64,000 bases of DNA from a bacterium (GTDB lineage: Bacteria > UBA8248): NCBI GenBank assembly GCA_965207065.1, contig OZ242260.1:2272001-2336000 (forward strand), given 5' to 3'. The number at the start of each line of letters is the position of its first letter. Within the stretch, counting starts at the first letter, position 1. Both the position numbers and the translations under genes were made by a program. The notes under the pieces were generated by a model. That model did no database searches and was not told the origin of the DNA. It saw only the letters and a program-made list of their open reading frames with translations. Shown piece by piece: positions 51,612 to 62,072 of the stretch.

Positions 51612-52604
51612 TCACTTGCCACCGAGAAGTTCCGTCAAGCTGTCCCTGACACCGGGGAAGGTCCCCGGTCTAATGGACGGCGGCGTGCGGGTCTCCAGGA
51701 TGCGCAGCTTTTCGGCCGGGCTCGCACGGACGTACATCTCGGTGGTCTTGAGGTGCGCATGACCGAGCCACAGGGAGACCTTTCGGATGTCGCCGGTGGC
51801 ATGCAGGATCGCCATGGCCGCGGAATGACGCAGCACATGCGGGGTCACTCTCTTGGTCTTGATCGACGCGACGGTCTTGGCGGCCGTGGTGACATGCTTG
51901 TCGAGCAGGTATGCGAAGCCGTCCGTGCTCATCGCCCGTCCCCGTGCATTGAGGAACATGTATCGGTTGGTGACCGACGGCCTGGCGTCGAGCCACTGAT
52001 TGAGGACGGTCCTCGTTTCCTTCCACATGGGCAGTTCCCGTTCGCGTCGTCCCTTGCCCAGGATGCGGATGGTCCCGAGTCGGGGGCCGGACACGCTGTC
52101 GAGCGTGAGCGTTGTCAGTTCCGACACCCTCAACCCGGCGGCATAGCACAGATGCAGCATCGCCCGGTCTCGCAGACCTGCCATCGTTCCAGTATCCGGG
52201 GCATCCAGGATCGCTTGCATTTCGGTCCGATCGAGCCAGTCGATCAGCGGCTTGTCGGTGGTCTTTTGCGGTATGGCGCGTACCTGCAACGCGAGGTCGA
52301 GGCAGCTCGGCACACGGTATTCCAGATAACGGAAGAACGACTTGATGGCGGCAAGGCGGACATTGCGTGTGCCCACACTGTTGTTGCGGTCCTTCTCCAG
52401 GGACTCGAGGAAGGCCGACAGCAACGCCACCGTGAAGTGCTCGATCTTGAGCTTGCAGGGACGGGTCCGGATCCGTTGCGCCGTGTAGGCCACGAGCAGC
52501 CGGAAGCACTCGGTGTAGCCCTGCAAGGTGTGGCGGCTGCATTGCCGTACGTTGGGAAGGTACTCCCGCAGGAAGGCGGAGAGATGGGGGGCAAGATCGG
52601 TCAT
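51612..52604 (-). CDS. Tyrosine recombinase RitC-type
   Basis: RDRA..GLRVSEL, GKGR, HVLRHS and LGH...TEMY. Confidence 0.93.
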   Translation of the reverse strand: MTDLAPHLSAFLREYLPNVRQCSRHTLQGYTECFRLLVAYTAQRIRTRPCKLKIEHFTVALLSAFLESLEKDRNNSVGTRNVRLAAIKSFFRYLEYRVPSCLDLALQVRAIPQKTTDKPLIDWLDRTEMQAILDAPDTGTMAGLRDRAMLHLCYAAGLRVSELTTLTLDSVSGPRLGTIRILGKGRRERELPMWKETRTVLNQWLDARPSVTNRYMFLNARGRAMSTDGFAYLLDKHVTTAAKTVASIKTKRVTPHVLRHSAAMAILHATGDIRKVSLWLGHAHLKTTEMYVRASPAEKLRILETRTPPSIRPGTFPGVRDSLTELLGGK

Positions 52605-53530
52605 CGGGCGCCTCCATTGGTGTGAGCCTGTTCCACCGCCTCGGCGATGCCGTGCAGCAGAACCGGGGTCGCCTCCAGATACCAGTAGGTACTGGTGACA
52701 TGGACGTGGCCGAGATAGGTGGCCAGAGCCAGCATGTGCCGGCCCGCTCCGGCGCCGGGAGGCAGCATCTCCAGTGACCGGACGGCGAAGGAGTGTCGCA
52801 GCGAGTGCAGGGTCGGCCCCCGCCCCGCGCCAGGTCTGCGCAGGCCCGCTTGTTCGGCGAGTTTGCGGAAGACACCGCGCACATGGCTTTTGTCTGGACT
52901 TCGGCCGGTTGCGATCACGAACAGGTGCCGGTCCGGCGTTGTCTCCCTGAGCCGTGCCTCAAGGTAGAGTTCGAGCGCTTCCCAGGTGGTCGGGTGCAGC
53001 GCGACCATCCTCGTCTTGCCGAACTTCGTATCCCGGATGACCAAGCCGTCAGGGGTGATGTCATCCAGCGTCAATGCAAGGGCTTCGCCGATGCGCAGGC
53101 CGGTCGCTGCAATGAGACCGAACAGGCAGTGCCAGGTCAGCGGGGCGATGGTTTCGGCGGGTCCCACCGACAGGGCCGCGGTCAGCAGTTTGCCGATGTC
53201 CGGGACCGATATCAGGTACGGCTTCGGCCTCCGCCGCGTCGAACGCCCCAGCGCATCACGAGGCGGCACCTCGTGGCGATCGTCCTCCGCGTGCAGCCAG
53301 AGGGCAAGGTCATGGAGCACACGGAGCTTTTTGACTTGCACTTGCGCTGATGCCGCCTTCGATGCCGAGGCCCACTCAAGAGCGGTCCCGGAGCAGATGC
53401 GGGTCTCGTTGCGAGCCTCGGCGAACCGCGCAAAGCTGCGCAGCATCCGTTCGTTCTGTGTAAACCGGTAACCGAGCGACCGCTTGATCGCGACAAAGCG
53501 CGCGACATGATCGGTGATCGTTGTGCTCAT
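52601..53530 (-). CDS. Tyrosine recombinase RitB-type
   Basis: TGLRIGEAL, TKFGK.R, HSLRHSFAV and LGH...TYWY. Confidence 0.93.
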   Translation of the reverse strand: MSTTITDHVARFVAIKRSLGYRFTQNERMLRSFARFAEARNETRICSGTALEWASASKAASAQVQVKKLRVLHDLALWLHAEDDRHEVPPRDALGRSTRRRPKPYLISVPDIGKLLTAALSVGPAETIAPLTWHCLFGLIAATGLRIGEALALTLDDITPDGLVIRDTKFGKTRMVALHPTTWEALELYLEARLRETTPDRHLFVIATGRSPDKSHVRGVFRKLAEQAGLRRPGAGRGPTLHSLRHSFAVRSLEMLPPGAGAGRHMLALATYLGHVHVTSTYWYLEATPVLLHGIAEAVEQAHTNGGAR

Positions 53531-55095
53531 TGGTCGCTCCTCCCCATCCAGGGCTGAGCGATCTCCTGCAACATGACCGCATCGGTCTTGGCGTAGATCA
53601 TCGTCGTGTTCGGTGACCTGTGGCGCAGTAGCGACTGGATGACATCGAGCGTCGCGCCCGATCTGAGCAACGCCGTCGCCTGGCTATGGCGGAACACATG
53701 CGCACCGCGGCCGGCAAAGGTCTTGACCCCGGCGCGGTCGAGCGCGCGTTTCGCCAGAGAACTGACGATGCTTGAGTCGGCCAATGCTCGCCAGGGCGCT
53801 TGGGTGCAGAGGAACACCTTCTCCTCATCCACCCTCGGCCGCACCGTGGCGATATAGACATGGAGCGCATCGCCGGCATCCTGCGGCAACGGCAGAGCCG
53901 CCTCTCGGCGTGACTTCCCCGAGACACGGATCTCGGCCCGGTCCCAATCGATGTCGCCGAGGCGCAGGGCCACGATGTCTCCTGCCCGCAGGGCAAGCCG
54001 TGCCAGAAGCAGCAGGATCGCCCGGTCGCGCACGCCCGTCCGGTCATCGCCGCAACTGGCGATGGCGCGTTCGACATCGTCGCACGTGATGTACCGTGGC
54101 AAGCTCGACAACTGCCCACGAGGCGCTGACGGCACGGCCGCGATCAGCGCGGCCGGGATGCTGCCTTCCCAGGTCAGGAACCGCAGATACATGCGCATCG
54201 CGGTTGTCAGAGTCCGGGCGTAGCTCCGCGACCGCGGGCGCATCTTCTCAAGCAGCACCCGGCGGATCAGGGCCGCGTCACAGGCGCAGGGGTCGTCCCC
54301 AAGTTCAGGCATCATCTCGCCGATCAAACGCACATGTCGCCGTATTGTCCCCGCGCCGATGCCGCGATGGCGTTCAAGCCACACGGCGTACCTCTCAAGG
54401 CGAACGGGCGGCGCCTGCTCGACCGGGACCGGCTCCAGGGGATCGATCCGCCCGATCGAGACGAGGTGCTTCAGGAAGCCGCGCAGTTCGGTTGCGTAAG
54501 CTGTGCCGGGTCGCCTCTTCTCGTGGCCGCAAAACACCCCGGGGATCGAGCAGACGAACGACCGGTTCTCGAAGCGCGCATAGACCTGCGCGCTCAGATC
54601 GCACAGGCGGATGCGTGAGAGATGGAGCCAGACAATGAGACCGGTGCATCCTTTCCGGTACAACCTGAGGGTTGCAGCCGTGTAGCCATTGCCGCGCAAA
54701 CCGGTGAGGAACGCGCCCAGCAGCCGCAGATTGTCGTCCAGCTCACCGGGTGTCTCGACATGCCCCGTCTGCTCGAGGAACCGGATGAACGCCATGAGCA
54801 TGGGTGATGTGCGGCGCTTGCGCCAACGCCGCAGACGAACCGGCGCGCAAGATGCGCCGCAACGACAATCGTGCTGCAGAAAGCGCTCGATGATCGCGCC
54901 GTCCACCGTCTTGAGTTCGATACGGGTGAGTTCAAGCCAGACCAGGAAGTGAAGGGCGATGCGCCGGTACTTGCCAAACAGTGTCCCGGAAATCTCGGCG
55001 CGACTGCGGAGATCGTCAACGAAGGCAAGGGTCAAATCGGTGAAGCCCGCCAGAGTGGCACTCGCCGGGGACGGGTTGCTGGATATTGCAGGCAT
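53527..55095 (-). CDS. Tyrosine recombinase RitA-type
   Basis: RDRAILLLLARLALRAGDI, HVFRHS and LRH...TMIYAK. Confidence 0.92.
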   Translation of the reverse strand: MPAISSNPSPASATLAGFTDLTLAFVDDLRSRAEISGTLFGKYRRIALHFLVWLELTRIELKTVDGAIIERFLQHDCRCGASCAPVRLRRWRKRRTSPMLMAFIRFLEQTGHVETPGELDDNLRLLGAFLTGLRGNGYTAATLRLYRKGCTGLIVWLHLSRIRLCDLSAQVYARFENRSFVCSIPGVFCGHEKRRPGTAYATELRGFLKHLVSIGRIDPLEPVPVEQAPPVRLERYAVWLERHRGIGAGTIRRHVRLIGEMMPELGDDPCACDAALIRRVLLEKMRPRSRSYARTLTTAMRMYLRFLTWEGSIPAALIAAVPSAPRGQLSSLPRYITCDDVERAIASCGDDRTGVRDRAILLLLARLALRAGDIVALRLGDIDWDRAEIRVSGKSRREAALPLPQDAGDALHVYIATVRPRVDEEKVFLCTQAPWRALADSSIVSSLAKRALDRAGVKTFAGRGAHVFRHSQATALLRSGATLDVIQSLLRHRSPNTTMIYAKTDAVMLQEIAQPWMGRSDQ

Positions 55096-55233
55096 TGTCG
55101 TTCTCCTTTTTGAGTGAGAGAACGATAATGCCCGAAGTCACCTGCCGATATAATGCCGAGTGAATGTGCCGAAAAACCCTGTAAACAAGCCGTATTTAGC
55201 AGATCACTCGGCATTATCCACTTCTCGGCATTA

Positions 55234-56027
55234 ATGACGAGGCGGGTGACCCCCTCGGGCGGGACGAATGCGCCGAGGCTGCCGGCGGAGAGCGCTGCCG
55301 CCGCCGGGATCCGGGGCGTCGCGGTGACGATCGAGAGCACGGTCTCGACGCCCTCTCCGACCAGGAGGGTGGCGCCGGGGACCCCGAAGCGCACGGCGCG
55401 TCCGAAAACCCGGCCGAGCGCCTTGCGGGAGGGGAGGACGCCGGCCTTGGTTTGCGCACCAGGATCGATCCAGGTGCGGTGCACCCCGTGGAGCGCGCCT
55501 TCGGTGTCGGTCACGGCGGCGACCAGGGCGGGGAGCCTGCGATCGGCTTCGCGGTGGTAGAGCGCCGGGTGGAATCGCAGGGAGGGGAAGCGGAACCGCG
55601 TGATGCCCCGGGCGCGGAGGTAGGCCTCGGCCGGGGCGCCCTCAATCGGGCGGCAACTCCGCCAGATGCGCCGCGCTGCTTCCCTCGCGTCGTATGGTGG
55701 ACCGTTGTCCGGCAGATGAGGGGCAGGCAGGGCGAGGAAGGTGCGGGCCTCGTCCATGGCCGCGCGGAGCGTGGACGCAGCGCTTCGGCAGCGAATGAGA
55801 TCGAGCAGGTCGCCATGCTCCCCGGTGGCCGCGTCGCTCCACTTGCCGGGCGCGCCCGGAGGCTCGAGGCGGACGAAGAGCGAGCGCCCGGGCGAGCCGT
55901 CGACGTCGCCCGCGACCCAGTAGCGGCCCTGCTTCTTGCCCCGGGGCAGATAGCGGCGGCAGACCTCCTCGGCGCGCGAGGCGAGCGCGGCGGCGATCCC
56001 GGCCGCGGGAGATGGTGTTCGGGACAT
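55234..56027 (-). pseudogene. Toprim/primase-like gene, N-terminal part (split by a RIT element)
   Basis: GRYW..GD, GKW.D.ATGEHGDLLDLI, AEAYLRARG, GVHRTW and VGEGVET.LS. Confidence 0.85.
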
Positions 56028-56119
56028 GGCGGACCTCCTCTGGAGTATGAGCAAAAAAAGAGCCGGCGCGTGAGCGTCCTCCGGCATCACCGGGCCGGCT
56101 GCATTGCAATGAGGGCGGC

Positions 56120-56380
56120 TCAACCGGCGACATCGCCGTCCTGCGCCGGGCCCATTGTTCGGGCGGCCAGGGCGGACCAGGCCTCCCGGTCCATCCCGAG
56201 GCGGGCGTTCAGGCGATCGCAGAAACGCTCGGCGTCCTCGAGTGTCAGGGCGATGAGGCTGGTGGGGATGTTTCCGGCCATACCGTCGATGACGAGCCGT
56301 ATCTCCTGCGGCGCGTCGGCCGGACCGTAGGCCGGGCAGAAGGCGAAGTCGGGGTTTTCCGGCAGTGTGTGTGAGGTCAT
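56120..56380 (-). CDS. Hypothetical protein of the mobile-element backbone
   Basis: Fills the gap between the NTPase and toprim genes; RBS aaggag. Confidence 0.5.
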   Translation of the reverse strand: MTSHTLPENPDFAFCPAYGPADAPQEIRLVIDGMAGNIPTSLIALTLEDAERFCDRLNARLGMDREAWSALAARTMGPAQDGDVAG

Positions 56381-56513
56381 GAAACGGACTCCCTTGGGTG
56401 ATGTCGGAATCAGAGGCCGCACCCCGGCGATTGACGCCGGGTGGACGGCGATATGGATACGGACGGCGCCTCCCCCCCGGCCATACGTATGCGGGCCGGC
56501 TGCACGTGCGGGT

Positions 56514-59500
56514 TCAACTCGCGAGGGGCCGGTTTTCGAGGACGCGGCCGAGGACGGATGCGTCGGGCGCGAAGACCCGCGCTTTCCAGGAGACGATCTC
56601 GACCGTACAGCCCGCGCGCTTGAGGGCTGTGAGGTGGCGGTCGTCGGGGCCCTCGATCTCCAGGCGCTGCGCTCCCATGATGCGGCGGCGCGCGAGGCGC
56701 CAGCCGTTCGCGAGGGTCAGGACCTCGCCGCTTCCCATGACGGCGTCGAAGGCCTCGTCTGCGCCGAGAGACGGACCGCCGTCGAGTCCGAAGGCGGCGC
56801 GCACGGCCCGGATCCCGGTTGCGTCGAGGGCGCGTCCGATCATCGCCTCGCCCGCATCGGTGGCGAGCCGGCGAACCCGCATGTTCTCGGCCCCCAGCCG
56901 GTCCCAGACCGGAAGAAGGAGCCCCGTCACGAGCCAGAAGCGCGATTCGGTGTAGGGCGGCAGGCCAGCAACTTCGGCCTCCCAGAGGGAGCGCCATTCG
57001 GCCTCCTCCACTTCGCGCCAGTTCGAGGCCTCGAGTTCAGCTCTCGCCACCCCCTCCCGCGCGGCGGGCCTGAGAAGCCTTACGCGTTCCTGCACGCCCC
57101 CGTCGTCGAACAGCATCGAGGGCGCGGGCAGGACGACGGCCGCCCGTTTCGAGCGGGCGTTCACGACGAGCGCAGGCTCCCCGTTCTTCCCGGCCGTCTC
57201 GAGCGCGGCGTCCGCCGTAACGGGCACGAGCCGGTCACGGCGGAGGATCTCGACGAGGCTGGTCGCAGCCCCCGTCCCCGGGTGGGTGTAGAGGGTCTCG
57301 CGGCCTGCGGCGGTAAGCGAGTCCGCTTGCAGGGTCTCGACACCGACCTCGTAGGTCCCCGCCTCGACGGCCGCCTCGATGTTGGACTCGACGCGGGATT
57401 CGAGTTCCGCGAACAGCGCGTTCTGCTCCGCTATGGGAAGCGCGAGCAGGCGGTTCAGGAACCTCGGCATGGGCGGGAGGTCTTCCTTGAGAGATCCCTC
57501 GTAGGTGAGTTTCAAGCCGGTCGCCTCCTCGAAGCGATCGAGGGACCAACCGGGCAATCCGCCCCGCCACAAGGCACCGTAGAACTGGCGGAGCGCCGCC
57601 CGGGCGTAGGGGCTTTCGAGGTTGTCGCCGGCGCGGAAGAGCGTCGCCTCGCTCCCGGCCATGGCGGTCTGGGAATTGCGCTGTCCGCGCGTGATGGCGC
57701 CCAGGGAGTCGAGCCGCCGCGCGATGGTGGCGATGAAGCGTTTCTCGCCCTTCACGTCGGTGGTCACGGGCCGGAAGAGGGGGGCCGAGGCCTGGTGCGT
57801 CCTGTGGGTGCGCCCCAGTCCCTGTATCGCCTGATCCGCCCGCCAGCCGGGTTCGAGCAGGTAGTGGACCCTCCGCTGCGTGTTGGCGGCGGAGAGGTCG
57901 GCGTGGTAGCTCCGCCCCGTGCCCCCAGCCATCGAGAAGACGAGGATGCGCTTTTCGCCGTCCATGAAGGCCGCCGTCTCGGCGAGGGAAGCGGAGGCCG
58001 GGCGCGCCCGCAAGGCGAGCCGCTCGCCCTGCGCGTCCTCGACCCGGAGCACGCGCCGTGAGCGGCCCGTGACCTCGGCCACGGCGTCGTGGCCGAAGCG
58101 GTGCACGATCTGGTCCAGCGCCGCGGGCACCGGCGGCAAGGATGCCAGCTTCGCAATGAGCGCATCTCGCTTTGCCAGGGCTTCCTGGGAGAGTACGGGG
58201 TTCCCGTCCTCGTCGACGGCGGGCCGGCTCATGAGATTCCCCTCATCGTCGGTGAAGGGCTCCTGCAGCTGCACCGGGAAGGCGTGGGCGAGGAAGTCGA
58301 GCACGTATTCCCGGGGCGTCAGGTCGATCGATAAATCGTCCCATTCAGAGGCCGGTATCTCCGCGATCCTTCGCTCCATCAGGGCCTCGCCCGTGGAGAC
58401 GAGCTGGATCACGGCCGAGCGGCCGGCGCCCAAGTCCGCCTCCACCGCCCGGATGAGCGAGGGACACTTCATGGAGGTCAAGAGGTGGCCGAAGAATCGC
58501 TGCTTCGCGCCCTCGAAGGCGGAGAGCGCGGCGGACTTCGCGTTTTTGTTCAGCGTCTCCTCTCCCTGCATGATCCCGGTGGCCTCGAGCGCGTCCTGGA
58601 GGTTGGCGTGGATGACCTTGAAGGCGCCGGCGTAGGCGTCGTAGATGCGCCGCTGCTCGGGACTCAGCGGGTGTTCGAGGATGTCGACCTCGATCCCCTC
58701 ATACGAAAGGGCCCGCGCCTGGTACAGCCCTAAGGCCTTGAGATCGCGGGCGACCACCTCCATGGCGGCGACGCCGCCCGCCTCCATCGCCGAGACGAAT
58801 TCCTCCCGGTTCTCGAAGGGCGTCTCGCCTGCGCCCCAGAGGCCCAGGCGGCCCGCGTAGGCCAGGCCGGTCACGGTCGTGGTGCCCGTGGCCGAGACGT
58901 AGAGCACGCGGGCGCCTGGCAAGGCGTTCTGGAGCCTGAGCCCCGCCCGTCCCTGGGCGGAGGGTTTGACGGCGCCGCGCGAGCCCCTGGAACCCGCCGC
59001 GTTGGCCATGGCATGGGACTCGTCGAACACGATCACGCCCTCGTACCCGTGGAGGTCTTCCTCCTCGATGCTTCCCGCGAGCCAGGCGACCACCTGTTCG
59101 AGCCGCGACGCCTTGCCCTCGCGGGCCGGCGCCCTGAGCGTGGCGTAGGTCGCGAACAGGACCCCGCTCTCGTGCGGGATGTCGGCCCCCTGGCGGAAGT
59201 TGCCCAGCGGGATCACGTCCTCAGCGCTTCCCCCGAGGGCGGACCAGTCCCTGCGCGCGTCTTCGAGCAGGTTGGCGGAGGCCGAGAGCCAGAGCGCCCT
59301 CTTTCTCCCCCGGAGCATGTTGTCCAGGATGGCCGCCGCCACCTGCCGGCCCTTGCCGCACCCGGTGCCGTCGCCCAGCATCCAGCCCCGGCGGAACCGC
59401 ACCGGCGCCGAGAGGACTTCGCCGTCTTCCGTTACGGCTTCTTCCACAGCGTGTTCGCCTTCCTCCTCATATCGGCGGACCGTCTCCCAGCCGGCGCCGA

Positions 59501-60956
59501 CCCGGTAGCGGGCCGAGAGATGGCGCTCGTGCGCCTCACCGGCCAGGACGATGCTCTCGAGCTGGGCGTCGGACAATAAACCCTCGGTGACGACGCATTC
59601 AGGCAGCAACGGGCGGTGTGCGGGCTTTGGATGCGCGACGGCGGCCATGGCGGCGGACTGAACGAGGGGCGTTGGATGCGCCATTGAGCCTGAGATATGA
59701 ACGACGCCCGGCTTCCAGGGCGCGTAGGGGCCTGCCGTCTCGTCCTCGCCGCACGGCGGGGCCGTCTCGTATGCGAGCTCCGAGACGGGACCCGGGTCAC
59801 GGGCCGGTCTGGACGCCGGCCGCCCGTTGTCCCTCTTCCCGGTCTTGCGCGCTTTCGTACCGGACGCAGTCGTCTCCCCGAAAAGATCGCAGAGCGGAAC
59901 GTCTGATGCGGGCGTTTCGGCGGGGGGAGTAGACAAGCGCGGCGGGACCCCCGCCGTGACCGCATCGAGCAGTTGGAGGGCGTCCATTGCACAGCTTTGC
60001 GGATCGACGTCGCTCGCGGGTTCTTCGTTCTTTTCGATCACGGTGAGCCGGGTGTCGAACGTGGTCCCGCGCCTCGCGTAGGCGCGCCCGTCGATTGCCG
60101 TCGTGAAGACGACGCGAGCGGGCGCTTCGATGGACGAGAAGGCGGCCTCCCAGTCCGCATCGCCCGGGACGCAGCCCGCCGACGTGACGGCGACCAGCCG
60201 CCCGCCCTGTCTCAGGGCGCAAAAAGACGAGCGCAGGTGGCGGAGGTCCGCGTCATGACGCACCCGGGCGATGCCCGGCGTCGCCGAGAACGGCGGGTTC
60301 ATGAGGACGACGTCCGGCCGGACCCCGGGGAGGCGGTCGGCGACGGCCTCCGCGTTGTGGCGGGTGACGCCGGCATTCGGGAACAGGAGAGCAAGGAGGC
60401 TGGCCCGGACGCTCGCGATCTCGTTCAGGTGGAGCGCGCCATTCCCCCCGAGCGCGCACTGCGCCATCACGGCGAGCATCCCGGTCCCGGCGCTCGGCTC
60501 CAGGACGACGTCGCCGGGGCGGATAGCGGCGGCGCGGGCGGCGGCGTAGGCCAGGCCGAGCGGGGTCGAGAACTGCTGCAGGCGCACCTGCTCTTCCGAG
60601 CGCTTCGTGTGGGAGGGTTCGAGCGCGGCGATTCTTTCGAGCATGGCCAGCATGGCGGCGGGACCCTCCGCTCCGGCCCCGGCCCTTTGGCGCATGGCCC
60701 GGCCGTAGCGCTGTAAGAAGAGCACGACGGCGGCTTCCGCCGCCTCGTAGGCGTCCTTCCAGACCCAGGCGCCCTCGGCGTCACTTCCGCCGTGTGCGCC
60801 CGTCATGGCGTCGCGCAGCGCGTTCTTTTCCAGCGGCCGACCCGCCGCCAGGACGGGCAGCAGGGTCCGGGCGGCGGTGAGTAGCGCCTCGGATGCGTCC
60901 GGCGCGGTGGAGCGGGAGGCGTGCGGACGCACGTCCGCCGTCAGGGCTTGCGGCAT
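56514..60956 (-). CDS. Methyltransferase plus strawberry-notch-like NTPase/helicase
   Basis: QQFSTP, LEPSAGTG, NPPF; GDGTGCGKGR, FDESH and QGLGRTHR. Confidence 0.9.
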   Translation of the reverse strand: MPQALTADVRPHASRSTAPDASEALLTAARTLLPVLAAGRPLEKNALRDAMTGAHGGSDAEGAWVWKDAYEAAEAAVVLFLQRYGRAMRQRAGAGAEGPAAMLAMLERIAALEPSHTKRSEEQVRLQQFSTPLGLAYAAARAAAIRPGDVVLEPSAGTGMLAVMAQCALGGNGALHLNEIASVRASLLALLFPNAGVTRHNAEAVADRLPGVRPDVVLMNPPFSATPGIARVRHDADLRHLRSSFCALRQGGRLVAVTSAGCVPGDADWEAAFSSIEAPARVVFTTAIDGRAYARRGTTFDTRLTVIEKNEEPASDVDPQSCAMDALQLLDAVTAGVPPRLSTPPAETPASDVPLCDLFGETTASGTKARKTGKRDNGRPASRPARDPGPVSELAYETAPPCGEDETAGPYAPWKPGVVHISGSMAHPTPLVQSAAMAAVAHPKPAHRPLLPECVVTEGLLSDAQLESIVLAGEAHERHLSARYRVGAGWETVRRYEEEGEHAVEEAVTEDGEVLSAPVRFRRGWMLGDGTGCGKGRQVAAAILDNMLRGRKRALWLSASANLLEDARRDWSALGGSAEDVIPLGNFRQGADIPHESGVLFATYATLRAPAREGKASRLEQVVAWLAGSIEEEDLHGYEGVIVFDESHAMANAAGSRGSRGAVKPSAQGRAGLRLQNALPGARVLYVSATGTTTVTGLAYAGRLGLWGAGETPFENREEFVSAMEAGGVAAMEVVARDLKALGLYQARALSYEGIEVDILEHPLSPEQRRIYDAYAGAFKVIHANLQDALEATGIMQGEETLNKNAKSAALSAFEGAKQRFFGHLLTSMKCPSLIRAVEADLGAGRSAVIQLVSTGEALMERRIAEIPASEWDDLSIDLTPREYVLDFLAHAFPVQLQEPFTDDEGNLMSRPAVDEDGNPVLSQEALAKRDALIAKLASLPPVPAALDQIVHRFGHDAVAEVTGRSRRVLRVEDAQGERLALRARPASASLAETAAFMDGEKRILVFSMAGGTGRSYHADLSAANTQRRVHYLLEPGWRADQAIQGLGRTHRTHQASAPLFRPVTTDVKGEKRFIATIARRLDSLGAITRGQRNSQTAMAGSEATLFRAGDNLESPYARAALRQFYGALWRGGLPGWSLDRFEEATGLKLTYEGSLKEDLPPMPRFLNRLLALPIAEQNALFAELESRVESNIEAAVEAGTYEVGVETLQADSLTAAGRETLYTHPGTGAATSLVEILRRDRLVPVTADAALETAGKNGEPALVVNARSKRAAVVLPAPSMLFDDGGVQERVRLLRPAAREGVARAELEASNWREVEEAEWRSLWEAEVAGLPPYTESRFWLVTGLLLPVWDRLGAENMRVRRLATDAGEAMIGRALDATGIRAVRAAFGLDGGPSLGADEAFDAVMGSGEVLTLANGWRLARRRIMGAQRLEIEGPDDRHLTALKRAGCTVEIVSWKARVFAPDASVLGRVLENRPLAS

Positions 60957-61073
60957 GGCTCTCTCCTCGGTTGTCGTGGGAATGAGGGAGGCCGTCCGGG
61001 GGATCGCTCCCCCGGGACCTCCCGGAACGCCTTGGGCCGACCGGACTCGGCCTCTACCCGGTGTGAATGCGGG

Positions 61074-61430
61074 TCAGGTCCTTCCGGCGCTCCGGAGCTT
61101 CGCGACGAGGCTATCGACCGTGGCGGCGTCGGCGCCGCACGCCTCGCCCCAGCCCCTGAGGTTGCGCTCGAAGTCCCCGAGGCTCCCGAGATGCGCGTTG
61201 AAGAAAGGATCGACGTCCGTGGCGGCGAGGACGCTGTCCCCCGCGAGGGCGACGCCCGTGATGGCGGGCTCCGTCACGGGCGGCAGGTCGAGGAGCCAGC
61301 AGAGGAAGGCCTGAAACATCGGCGAGAGGTTCTCACCGCGTCTCGGGTCCATGGGGTGTGTGGTCGTGGTCCGGGATTCGGTGTCGGGCATGGCTTTCTC
61401 CGGAATGTGTATGGGAAACGGCTCGCTCAT
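61074..61430 (-). CDS. Hypothetical protein
   Basis: Overlaps the DUF2958 stop and is co-oriented. Confidence 0.55.
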   Translation of the reverse strand: MSEPFPIHIPEKAMPDTESRTTTTHPMDPRRGENLSPMFQAFLCWLLDLPPVTEPAITGVALAGDSVLAATDVDPFFNAHLGSLGDFERNLRGWGEACGADAATVDSLVAKLRSAGRT

Positions 61431-61816
61431 CCGCAGGCGGCTGCGCTCCTGCGCCCGGCGGCGTCGAGTTCGGGGCCGTATTCGACGATGCGGCCCGCAT
61501 TGCGGGCGGCCTCGGCGTAGACTGCGAGGGTGAATTTCCCCTCGAAATAAAGGTCGCGCTCTATCCCCAGGCCGAACGGCCCCTGGAAGGCTTCGAGTTC
61601 GGTGAGGCTGAAGCTCCCGATCTCCGGTGTGCCGAAGCCGAGATCGGCGAGGCCGAAGGCTATGGACCCATCCTCGAGGTCGAGTTCCGTGAGGAGCCAG
61701 GTCCCTGCGCCGCAGGGGTTGAAGAGCTTGACCAGGGGGACGTGGTCGGCGCCGCGCTTGGCGCCGTTTGCGAGCAGCGTTTCGCGCTGTTCCGGTGTGA
61801 CGAGTTCCATCGGCAT
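61427..61816 (-). CDS. DUF2958 protein
   Basis: VKLFNPCG.GTWLLTELD...FGLADLGFG.PE.G...IERDLYF. Confidence 0.85.
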   Translation of the reverse strand: MPMELVTPEQRETLLANGAKRGADHVPLVKLFNPCGAGTWLLTELDLEDGSIAFGLADLGFGTPEIGSFSLTELEAFQGPFGLGIERDLYFEGKFTLAVYAEAARNAGRIVEYGPELDAAGRRSAAACG

Positions 61817-62072
61817 TCTCCTCTACTTGCAGGATGGATGTGGGAAGATCTGACTGCGTGGGGCTCAGAAGCCGAGAATCCGGACCCGCGCCCGGCCATC
61901 GATCACGGTGATTATGTGGAGTTCATGGTTATGTGGAGTTCATCCTGGAGTTCGTTGTTTTTGTGTGGTTTGCGGGTAGCGAACTCCACATAACTTTTGC
62001 ATCGTCTCTCCTGTCCGCGTCGTTTCGGAGAGCGGCGGCAAGACAGGCCTGCCGCCGCTCTCCGTTCCCTCA

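Larger units (their letters stand above)
51516..55236 (-). mobile_element. RIT element (recombinase-in-trio) with perfect 90-bp terminal inverted repeats
   Basis: 51516-51605 is the reverse complement of 55147-55236; three overlapping tyrosine recombinase genes inside. Confidence 0.93.

Noticed and set aside
61911-61993. CRISPR-like direct repeats
   Set aside because: Two 15-bp repeats without spacers; they are RIT end sites
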